The notes below the pieces were generated by a model. That model was not told the DNA's origin and did no database searches. It saw only the letters and a list, made by a program, of their open reading frames with translations. DNA of 59,320 nucleotides, taken from the NCBI GenBank assembly GCA_045587065.1, contig JAZNBQ010000044.1:1-59320 (forward strand). The letters are read 5' to 3'. The translations under genes and the position numbers were made by a program. This stretch comes from Acutalibacteraceae bacterium (GTDB lineage Bacteria; Bacillota; Clostridia; Oscillospirales; Acutalibacteraceae). Below are positions 51,229-59,043 of the stretch, in pieces (position 1 is the first letter of the stretch; each line of letters begins with the position of its first letter).

Positions 51229-53757
51229 GTGTCTGATTTTAACGTTATAGAAGCACAAAAAAGCGACAGAATAACCAAACTTATCGACCATTTATTTGAG
51301 GGCAAGCCTCAGATAGAGGCCGAGCGTGCCGTTCTTCTTACCGAAAGCTATAAAAAGACAGAGGGCAAACCTATAAACGTCCGCAGAGGCGAGGCTTTTG
51401 CTCACATATTAAAAAATATACCAATAACCATCAGACCTTACGAGCTTGTTGTAGGAAGTAACACCAAAAAGCCAAGAAGCTGTCAGATTTTCCCTGAGTA
51501 CTCTTTCAGTTGGCTTGAGGAGGAGTTTGACACTATAGCAACGCGTTCTGCCGACCCTTTCTATATTTCTGAGGAAACCAAGAAAGCGTTAAAAGAAGTT
51601 TTTCGTTATTGGGAGGGCAAAACCACAAGTGATTTGGCTCTTTCGTATATGTCTGAGGGCGCAAAGCTCGCAATGGAGCATAACATTTACACACCGGGAA
51701 ATTATTTCTACAATGGTGTAGGTCACGTTTCCGTAAACTATGGTGAGGTTCTTGCCATTGGTTTTGAGGGAATTATGAACAAGGCTAAGGCGTCTCTTGA
51801 AAAGATTAAGGACAGCGATGTAGACTGTGCAAAGCGCAGAGCCTTTTTAGAGGGTGTTATTACCTCTCTTGACGCTGCCTGTAAGTATGCTGAAAGATAT
51901 GCTCTTCTAGCTCTTGAAATGGCAAAAGAAGAAACCGACCCTGCAAGAAAGATGGAACTTGCCATTATCGCTAACAACTGCGTAAACGTACCAAGAAAGG
52001 GCGCAACAAGCTTTTACGAGGCTTGTCAGTCCTTCTGGTTTGTTCAGATGCTTTTACAGACCGAATCCAGCGGACATTCTATTTCTCCGGGTAGATTTGA
52101 CCAATACATGTACCCATATTATAAAAAGGACATTGAAAGCGGCAAGATTACAAGAGAGTTTGCTCAGGAGCTTATCGACTGTGTGTTCGTAAAACTTAAC
52201 GACCTTAGCAAATGCCGTGACGCCGCTTCTGCCGCAGGCTTTGCAGGCTACAGTATGTTCCAGAATATGATTGCAGGCGGACAAAATGCAGACGGAATGG
52301 ACGCTACCAACGAGCTTTCCTATATGTGCATTACCGCTGCTATGCATACAATGTTACCGCAGCCTTCCCTTTCTGTTCGTGTTTGGAACGGCTCTCCTCA
52401 TGAGTTTTTGCTTCATGCGGCAACCCTTACAAGAACAGGAATAGGCCTTCCTGCATACTACAACGACGAGGTTATAATACCTGCACTTGTTAGTAGAGGA
52501 CTTACCCTTCAAGATGCAAGAGACTACAATATTATCGGTTGTGTTGAGCCTCAGAAATCAGGCAAAACAGACGGTTGGCACGATGCGGCATTCTTTAATA
52601 TGTGCCGTCCTTTAGAACTTGTTTTCTCTAATGGTAAAGACTGCGGAGTACAGGTTGGTGTAAGGAGCGGCGAACTTAAAGACCTTGACACATTTGATAA
52701 GTTCTATGATGCTTACAAGGCTCAGATGAATTATATGATTGAAATGATGGTAAACGCCGACAACGCTATTGACTATGCTCACGGCGAGCGTTGTCCTCTT
52801 CCTTTCCAGTCCTCAATGGTAGAAGACTGTATTGGCAGAGGAAAGTCTATGCAAGAGGGCGGAGCTGTTTACAACTTTACAGGCCCACAGGGCTTTGGTA
52901 TTGCCAATACTGCCGACGCGTTAATTGCTCTTAAAACCTTGGTGTATGATGAAAAGAAATATACTCTTGAGGAATTTGCAGACGCTCTTCGCAACAACTA
53001 TGGCGAGCCTTTTGGAGAGGTTCAGGCGAGAGAACTTACAACTCAGGTTGCAAAGGCATTGGCAGAGCAGGGTAAAGAGATAAACGAAAAAACTATTGGA
53101 GAGATTTATACAAAAATCAAAGAAAACACCACCTCTCCTGAGAAAAAGGCTTTCTATGATAAGCTGAGAAGTGACATAGAAGAGCAACCTAAATTCGGTA
53201 ACGATAATTTAGAGGTAGACCTCTTTGCTCGTGACGTTGCTTATACATATACAAGACCTGTTGAAAAATACAAAAACCCAAGAGGCGGCGTATATCAGGC
53301 AGGACTATATCCTGTATCAGCAAACGTGCCTTTAGGTGCTCAGACAGGTGCTACACCTGATGGCAGACTTGCAGGAACCCCTGTAGCAGACGGTGTTTCC
53401 CCTGCGGCAGGAAGAGACGTAAACGGACCTACAGCTTCTTGCAACTCGGTAGCACGTCTTGACCACGCTATTGCTTCCAACGGAACGCTCTTTAATATGA
53501 AGTTCCACCCAAGTGCATTAAAGGGAAGAAGCGGACTGGAAGGTTTTGTAACCCTTATTAAAGGCTATTTCGCTCAAAAGGGTATGCATATGCAGTTTAA
53601 CGTTGTTAGCCGCGAAACTCTTTTAGAAGCACAAAAGTACCCTGAAAAGTACAAGACATTAGTTGTTCGTGTTGCAGGCTACAGCGCACTATTTACAACA
53701 CTTTCAAAATCCTTGCAGGACGATATTATTAATCGTACCGAACAGGCAAGTTTATAA
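51229..53757 (+). CDS. Glycyl radical enzyme, B12-independent diol (1,2-propanediol/glycerol) dehydratase type
   Basis: GTG start after AGGAGG. Cys loop IGCVEPQKSGKTDGWHDAAFFN. Glycyl radical motif VVRVAGYSALF near the C-terminus. 842 aa. Confidence 0.85.
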   Translation: MSDFNVIEAQKSDRITKLIDHLFEGKPQIEAERAVLLTESYKKTEGKPINVRRGEAFAHILKNIPITIRPYELVVGSNTKKPRSCQIFPEYSFSWLEEEFDTIATRSADPFYISEETKKALKEVFRYWEGKTTSDLALSYMSEGAKLAMEHNIYTPGNYFYNGVGHVSVNYGEVLAIGFEGIMNKAKASLEKIKDSDVDCAKRRAFLEGVITSLDAACKYAERYALLALEMAKEETDPARKMELAIIANNCVNVPRKGATSFYEACQSFWFVQMLLQTESSGHSISPGRFDQYMYPYYKKDIESGKITREFAQELIDCVFVKLNDLSKCRDAASAAGFAGYSMFQNMIAGGQNADGMDATNELSYMCITAAMHTMLPQPSLSVRVWNGSPHEFLLHAATLTRTGIGLPAYYNDEVIIPALVSRGLTLQDARDYNIIGCVEPQKSGKTDGWHDAAFFNMCRPLELVFSNGKDCGVQVGVRSGELKDLDTFDKFYDAYKAQMNYMIEMMVNADNAIDYAHGERCPLPFQSSMVEDCIGRGKSMQEGGAVYNFTGPQGFGIANTADALIALKTLVYDEKKYTLEEFADALRNNYGEPFGEVQARELTTQVAKALAEQGKEINEKTIGEIYTKIKENTTSPEKKAFYDKLRSDIEEQPKFGNDNLEVDLFARDVAYTYTRPVEKYKNPRGGVYQAGLYPVSANVPLGAQTGATPDGRLAGTPVADGVSPAAGRDVNGPTASCNSVARLDHAIASNGTLFNMKFHPSALKGRSGLEGFVTLIKGYFAQKGMHMQFNVVSRETLLEAQKYPEKYKTLVVRVAGYSALFTTLSKSLQDDIINRTEQASL

Positions 53758-53772
53758 AAAAGGAATAATATA

Positions 53773-54561
53773 ATGCAAGATTATATGAATATAAGGGGCA
53801 GAATTTTTGATATTCAAAAGTTCTCCATACACGATGGTCCCGGAGTTCGCACCATAGTCTTTTTAAAGGGCTGCGTACTTCGTTGCCGTTGGTGTTGCAA
53901 TCCGGAATCTCAAGGCTATGAGATAGAACAAATGGAAACGGCCGGTAAGGTTAAAACCGTTGGTAGAGACGTAACCGTAAGAGAGGTTATGGACGAGGTT
54001 ATGAAGGACCGAGTTTACTATAGTCTCTCCAAAGGGGGACTAACCCTTTCAGGCGGCGAGTGTTTGTGTCAACCAGATTTTGCAGTGGGACTTCTTCGCG
54101 CAGCACAGGACTATGGCATCAACACTGCAATAGAGTCTACGGCCTGTGCTCCCATAGAGACTATAAGAAGTCTTTTACCTTATCTTGATACATATTTAAT
54201 GGACATAAAGCACGTTGACCCTGAAAAGCACAAGGCTTTCACAGGACGCTACAACAAACTGATTTTAGATAATGCAAGAATCTTAGCCAAAGAGGCAAAG
54301 AAACTTATTATCAGAGTTCCTGTTATTCCTACCTTTAACGATACAGAGGAAGAAATAGGACAAATTGCAAAATTTGTATCGGAGATTATGCCGGGAGGAG
54401 AAATAAATCTTCTTCCTTATCATCCTCTCGGTACCGATAAATATAAAGGCCTTGGCAGAGAGTACACAATGTCTCATATTGAGCCACCAAGTGACGCTCA
54501 TATGGAAAAACTGCTCCAGGTTGCCAAAAGCTACGGCCTTAAAGCACAGATAGGAGGTTAG
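53773..54561 (+). CDS. Glycyl-radical enzyme activating protein (radical SAM)
   Basis: GPGVRTIVFLKGCVLRCRWCCNPE (CxxxCxxC) and GGLTLSGGE. 262 aa with no extra ferredoxin-type Cys motifs. Confidence 0.9.
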   Translation: MQDYMNIRGRIFDIQKFSIHDGPGVRTIVFLKGCVLRCRWCCNPESQGYEIEQMETAGKVKTVGRDVTVREVMDEVMKDRVYYSLSKGGLTLSGGECLCQPDFAVGLLRAAQDYGINTAIESTACAPIETIRSLLPYLDTYLMDIKHVDPEKHKAFTGRYNKLILDNARILAKEAKKLIIRVPVIPTFNDTEEEIGQIAKFVSEIMPGGEINLLPYHPLGTDKYKGLGREYTMSHIEPPSDAHMEKLLQVAKSYGLKAQIGG

Positions 54562-54566
54562 GACCG

Positions 54567-54947
54567 ATGGACAGTATATATGATGCACTTAAAAATGATG
54601 GCAAGGCGCGTATTATTCAGGAAATTGTTCCCGGTAAGCAGATAACCTTAGCCCACATAATCGCAAACCCTGACCCTGTACTTTACACCAAACTCGGTCT
54701 CGACCCTGCGGCAGATTACAAAACTTCGGCAATAGGAATTGTGACAATGACTCCTTCCGAAACTGCAATTATCGCAGGAGATATTGCAACCAAGTCTTCA
54801 GGCGCGGAAATCGGATTTGTAGACCGTTTTAGCGGAACTCTTATTGTTACGGGAAGCGTGTCTCAGGTAAGCGAAGCAGTTAATGCGGTTTGTCAGTATG
54901 CCGCCAACGTTTTGAGCTTTACCGTTTGTCCTATAACTAAGACGTAA
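54567..54947 (+). CDS. BMC shell protein, circularly permuted PduU/EutS type
   Basis: RIIQEIVPGKQITLAHIIANPDPVLYTKLGL...AIGIVTMTPSETAIIAGDIATK. Confidence 0.85.
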   Translation: MDSIYDALKNDGKARIIQEIVPGKQITLAHIIANPDPVLYTKLGLDPAADYKTSAIGIVTMTPSETAIIAGDIATKSSGAEIGFVDRFSGTLIVTGSVSQVSEAVNAVCQYAANVLSFTVCPITKT

Positions 54948-55411
54948 TGAACAAGGTTATACTTATAGGACGGTCGGAAGGCGGAAAGACCACCTTAACT
55001 CAGGCTCTTATGAACAAGGATATCAAATATGAAAAGACTCAAATTGTACAAAGAGGGGAATTTATTATTGATACTCCCGGAGAATATATACAAACCAGAA
55101 ACTTCGGTGGAGCCTTGGCGGTCTATGCTTATGAGAGTGATATTGTAGGGCTTCTGATTGCGGCCGATGAACCTTATTCCCTTTTTCCGCCCAACATTAC
55201 CTCTATGGCAAACAGGCTTGTGGTAGGAATTGTTACAGGAATTGACAAAGAGGGTGCAAGACCTGACAGGGCAGAAAATTGGCTTAAAATTGCAGGTTGC
55301 AAGAAAATCTTTAAGGTAAGCTCCATTACAGGCGAGGGAATAGATGAACTGCGAGAGTTCCTTTCTACTTTTGATTGTAAAAAATACTACAAAACCAAGA
55401 AAATAGATTAA
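54947..55411 (+). CDS. EutP/PduV-family small GTPase
   Basis: KVILIGRSEGGKTTLTQAL (P-loop), DTPGEY. 154 aa. Confidence 0.85.
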   Translation: MNKVILIGRSEGGKTTLTQALMNKDIKYEKTQIVQRGEFIIDTPGEYIQTRNFGGALAVYAYESDIVGLLIAADEPYSLFPPNITSMANRLVVGIVTGIDKEGARPDRAENWLKIAGCKKIFKVSSITGEGIDELREFLSTFDCKKYYKTKKID

Positions 55412-55457
55412 ATCATCATAAAAAAAGCAAATATTCCACAAAAACAAACAAAATATC

Positions 55458-55507
55458 ACATAAAATACGTGTTTTATGTTGACTTTTGTGGGATTTGGTG
55501 GTATATT
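55458..55507 (+). promoter_or_regulatory. Internal promoter with overlapping inverted repeat (putative operator)
   Basis: ACATAAAA-tacgtg-TTTTATGT (55458-55479) overlaps TTGACT (55479-55484), followed by 17 nt ending in TGg and then TATATT (55502-55507). Confidence 0.55.
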
Positions 55508-55550
55508 TAACTTGTTATAAAATATTATTTTGATGAAAGGAAAAAATCAA

Positions 55551-56354
55551 ATGGTATCAGAATACGAAATCAAAAAACAAATTTGTGAAATCGGTAAGCG
55601 TATCTATAATCAGGGAATGGTTGCTTCTAACGATGGCAACATTTCTGTAAAGCTTAACGATAACGAGTTCCTTTGCACTCCTACAGGTGTAAGTAAGGGC
55701 TTTATGACTCCTGAATATATCTGCAAGGTTGATGCAAACGGCAAAGTTATTCAGGCAAACCCAGGCTTCAAGCCTTCATCAGAAATTAAGATGCACATGC
55801 GTGTGTATAAAAACAGACCAGACGTAAACGCTGTTGTTCACGCTCATCCTCTTTATGCAACAGGCTTTGCTATCGCAGGTATCCCACTAACTCAGCCAAT
55901 TATGCCAGAGGCAGTTATCGCTCTTGGTTGCGTTCCTATTGCTGAGTATGGTACACCTTCTACAGAGGAAATTCCTGACGCAGTAGAAAAGTATCTTCAG
56001 TCTTTCGACGCAGTACTTCTTGAAAATCACGGAGCACTTACCTTCTCAGATTCTTTACTTAACGCTTATCACAAGATGGAGTCTGTTGAGTTCTATGCTA
56101 AGCTCCTTTACATTTCAAAACAAATCGGCGGACCTCAGGAGCTTTCAAAGGCTCAGGTTGAGCGTCTTTACGAAATTCGCAGAAGCTTTGGCATGAAGGG
56201 TAAGCATCCTGCAGACCTTTGTCCAAATGCTCAGAGCGGCAAGCCAAGCTGCCACGGTTGCTCAGGCAACTGCAAAGGGGACTGTAACCATGGCGAATCT
56301 GACGATTTAGTTGCTCAGATTACCAAAAAGGTTATGGAACAGCTTGGAAAATAA
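55551..56354 (+). CDS. Class II aldolase (L-fuculose/rhamnulose-1-phosphate aldolase-like) with Cys-rich linker and C-terminal encapsulation-peptide-like helix
   Basis: NDGNISVKL, SSEIKMHMRVY, VVHAHP, LENHGALTF. The tail reads CPNAQSGKPSCHGCSGNCKGDCNHG followed by DDLVAQITKKVMEQLGK. Confidence 0.85.
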   Translation: MVSEYEIKKQICEIGKRIYNQGMVASNDGNISVKLNDNEFLCTPTGVSKGFMTPEYICKVDANGKVIQANPGFKPSSEIKMHMRVYKNRPDVNAVVHAHPLYATGFAIAGIPLTQPIMPEAVIALGCVPIAEYGTPSTEEIPDAVEKYLQSFDAVLLENHGALTFSDSLLNAYHKMESVEFYAKLLYISKQIGGPQELSKAQVERLYEIRRSFGMKGKHPADLCPNAQSGKPSCHGCSGNCKGDCNHGESDDLVAQITKKVMEQLGK

Positions 56355-56366
56355 TTTACATAAGGT

Positions 56367-56846
56367 GTGATGGTTTTGACCGAGAATGAAATCACAAAAA
56401 TAGCAAAGACCATTGCAGATAGCATAAAAAGTGACAGTATCACACTTAAGGAAGCCAATAAATTGATTGCGTCGGTTATGAATAAGGCAGAGGAAATGGG
56501 CGTTAAAGCGGTAGTTGCAGTAGCAGACCGCCACTCAAATCCTTTATCTATACAATGTATGGACGACGCCTATATAGCAAGTTATGATATTGCACTTAAT
56601 AAGGCTTATACCGTTACCGCACTTAAAATGCCAACCTCAGATTTAAAGAAGTTGGCTGCTCCGGGAGGCTCTCTTTACGGTATACAGTTTACCAACGGCG
56701 GAAAGATTGTTATATTCGGCGGCGGCGTCCCCTTGTATGACTCTTTAGGCAGAATCGTTGGTGGGCTTGGAGTCAGCGGCGGAAGTGAGGAGCAGGACAC
56801 TGCTCTTGCGGAGTTTGGTGGCCAACTATTTAAAAAAGGTCTTTGA
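56367..56846 (+). CDS. GlcG/HbpS-like (DUF336, PduO C-terminal-domain-like) haem-binding protein
   Basis: VAVADRHSNPLSIQCMDDA...IALNKAYTVTAL...GGGVPL...GGLGVSGGSEEQD. N-terminal amphipathic ENEITKIAKTIADSI. The exact start (GTG 56367 or ATG 56370) is uncertain. Confidence 0.75.
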   Translation: MMVLTENEITKIAKTIADSIKSDSITLKEANKLIASVMNKAEEMGVKAVVAVADRHSNPLSIQCMDDAYIASYDIALNKAYTVTALKMPTSDLKKLAAPGGSLYGIQFTNGGKIVIFGGGVPLYDSLGRIVGGLGVSGGSEEQDTALAEFGGQLFKKGL

Positions 56847-56855
56847 CGGAAAGGA

Positions 56856-58064
56856 ATGTATAGATTTATGAATTCTGCTGATATTGAGAAAATCGTAAAG
56901 CAGGTTATCGGACAGATGCAAGGCGTAGATGCTCATGCAGCTTCTGCTTCTCCTAAAGCAGTTCCCAAAACTGCCAGAGCGGCAATGCTTACAAAGCTTG
57001 AGCATTTTGACATTAAGGAATTTCCAATTCCTGCCCTTGGAGATGACGATATACTCGTAAAGGTGGAGGGCTGCGGCGTATGCGGTACCGACGCTCATGA
57101 GTTTAAGCGTGACCCATTCGGCCTTATTCCTGTTGTTTTAGGACACGAGGGTACAGGCGAAATCGTAGCAATGGGTAAGAACGTAAAGAAGGACAGCGCA
57201 GGCAAACCACTTAACATAGGCGACAAGGTTGTTACCTGTATGATATTTGAGGACAATCCTGATATTACAATGTTTGACCTTAACAAACAAAACGTTGGCG
57301 GCGGCGGAGTTTTCGGACTTCTTCCTGATGATGACATTCATCTTAACGGTTGGTTTGCAGACTACATTGTAATAAGAGGCGGCTCAACAATATTCAACGT
57401 AAGTGAGCTTGATTTAGATTCAAGAATTCTTATTGAGCCTGCAGCAGTTCTTATTCACGCTGTAGAAAGAGCAAAAACAACAGGAATTCTTCGTTTCAAC
57501 AGTCGCGTAGCAGTTCAGGGTTGCGGTCCTATCGGACTTTTATGTATTGCAATTCTTCGCACAATGGGTATTGAAAACATTGTTGCTATTGATGGCGAAG
57601 ACAAGCGCCTTCAGTTTGCTAAGGAAATGGGCGCAGACAACTCTGTTAACTTTAAAAATTACAAAGGCATTGAGGAATTAACCCAAGGTGTTAAAGATGC
57701 ATTTGGTGGCTATCTTGCAGATTTTGCTTTCCAATGCACCGGCTCACCAATTGCTCATGCTAACGTTTATAAGTTTATTCGCAACGGCGGCGGCCTTTGC
57801 GAGTTAGGCTTCTTCATCAACGGTGGAGATGCTACCATCAATCCTCACTTTGATATTTGCGCTAAGGAAATTACAACTGTTGGTTCTTGGGTATACACCC
57901 TTCGCGATTATGCAACCACCTTTGATTTCCTAAAGAGAGCAAAAGCAATCGGACTTCCCCTTGAAAAGCTTATTACTCATCGTTTCCCACTTGATAAAAT
58001 CAATGAAGCGCATGAGACTAACCTTGCTATGAAGGGACTCAAAATTGCTATTATTAATGAATAG
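56856..58064 (+). CDS. Zinc-dependent (MDR-family) alcohol dehydrogenase with N-terminal encapsulation-peptide-like extension
   Basis: VEGCGVCGTDAHE, GHEGTGEIV, GCGPIGLL. A ~45-aa N-terminal extension reads SADIEKIVKQVIGQM plus an Ala/Pro/Ser-rich linker. Start is ATG 56856 or 56868. Confidence 0.8.
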   Translation: MYRFMNSADIEKIVKQVIGQMQGVDAHAASASPKAVPKTARAAMLTKLEHFDIKEFPIPALGDDDILVKVEGCGVCGTDAHEFKRDPFGLIPVVLGHEGTGEIVAMGKNVKKDSAGKPLNIGDKVVTCMIFEDNPDITMFDLNKQNVGGGGVFGLLPDDDIHLNGWFADYIVIRGGSTIFNVSELDLDSRILIEPAAVLIHAVERAKTTGILRFNSRVAVQGCGPIGLLCIAILRTMGIENIVAIDGEDKRLQFAKEMGADNSVNFKNYKGIEELTQGVKDAFGGYLADFAFQCTGSPIAHANVYKFIRNGGGLCELGFFINGGDATINPHFDICAKEITTVGSWVYTLRDYATTFDFLKRAKAIGLPLEKLITHRFPLDKINEAHETNLAMKGLKIAIINE

Positions 58065-58075
58065 GGAGAAACCTT

Positions 58076-58390
58076 ATGGGAAAATCAGCAGGAATTATTG
58101 AGGTATATGGTTATGCGGCAGCCTTTGTGGCTTGCGATGCAGGTTGTAAAGCGGCAGACGTAACTGTAGAAAACTTCGATAAAAACAAACCGGGAAATCC
58201 CGAAGGACTTAAAGTCCCTTCCATAGTTGCAGTTAAATTCCGCGGAAGCGTTTCGGCGGTTGAAGCCGCAGTTGAAGCGGCAAAAGAAGCTGCAAGCAAG
58301 GTATCAGGTGTTATATGCACCCACATTATTCCAAACGTGGAAGAAGATACCGAAAAAATGTTAAAACTTAACGCATTTGATAAAAAATAA
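58076..58390 (+). CDS. BMC-H shell protein with extended pore loop
   Basis: [24 protein letters not shown]...[19 protein letters not shown]...THIIPN. An insertion [17 protein letters not shown] sits where PduA-type proteins have KIGSG. Confidence 0.8.
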   Translation: MGKSAGIIEVYGYAAAFVACDAGCKAADVTVENFDKNKPGNPEGLKVPSIVAVKFRGSVSAVEAAVEAAKEAASKVSGVICTHIIPNVEEDTEKMLKLNAFDKK

Positions 58391-58410
58391 ATTTTTTGGA
58401 GGAATTAAAA

Positions 58411-58686
58411 ATGGCTTTAGAAGCATTAGGTATGGTAGAAACCAGAGGTCTTGTAGCTGCTATTGAGGCTGCAGATGCAATGGTAAAGGCAGCAGAGGTT
58501 GAACTTATCGGAACAGAGAAAATCGGTTCAGGACTCGTATCTGTTATGGTAAGAGGCGACGTTGGAGCAGTTAAGGCTGCTACCGAGTCAGGTTCTGCAG
58601 CAGCATCTAAACTTGGAGAGCTTGTAGCAGTACACGTAATCCCAAGACCCCATGCAGACGTTGAAAAGATTTTACCAAAGCTTTAA
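58411..58686 (+). CDS. BMC-H shell protein (PduA/EutM type)
   Basis: ATG 58411 after [63 protein letters not shown]...VHVIPRPH. Confidence 0.92.
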   Translation: MALEALGMVETRGLVAAIEAADAMVKAAEVELIGTEKIGSGLVSVMVRGDVGAVKAATESGSAAASKLGELVAVHVIPRPHADVEKILPKL

Positions 58687-58713
58687 TCTAATCTGGTCTA
58701 AGAGGTTTTTTAA

Positions 58714-59037
58714 ATGAAGTCTTTAGGAATTGTTGAGATTCAAAGCGTTACAGCCGCAGTTGATTGCCTTGACCTTATGTGCAAGGCGGCAGACGTGGAT
58801 TTTGTAACCTGGGAAAGAAAACTTGGCGGAAGACTTGTTACTGTAATTGTTCAGGGGCAAATATCGGCAGTTACCGCAGCAGTTGAGGCGGCAAAACAAA
58901 ATGCCATAGTTGAACCTGCGGCCACTGCAGTAATAGCAAATCCCCATAGCGAAACCGAGCGTATGGTTTTACTTTCTGCATCTCGAATGGCAAAACAAAA
59001 TGCCGAAAATAATGATAAATACATTCAAGAGGTGTAA
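58714..59037 (+). CDS. BMC-H domain shell protein (divergent)
   Basis: LGIVEIQSVTAAVDCLDLMCKAADVDFV...LVTVIVQGQISAVTAAVEAA...VIANPH. Confidence 0.8.
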   Translation: MKSLGIVEIQSVTAAVDCLDLMCKAADVDFVTWERKLGGRLVTVIVQGQISAVTAAVEAAKQNAIVEPAATAVIANPHSETERMVLLSASRMAKQNAENNDKYIQEV

Positions 59038-59043
59038 AACATT

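Noticed and set aside
51229-53757. Considered annotating the glycyl radical enzyme as choline trimethylamine-lyase (CutC) or pyruvate formate-lyase.
   Set aside because: The Cys loop is GCVEP, not the PFL Cys-Cys motif. His-Asp follows at +13/+14, which is diol-dehydratase-like. There is no long N-terminal extension, and the locus carries a fuculose-phosphate-type aldolase. Diol dehydratase is therefore favoured.
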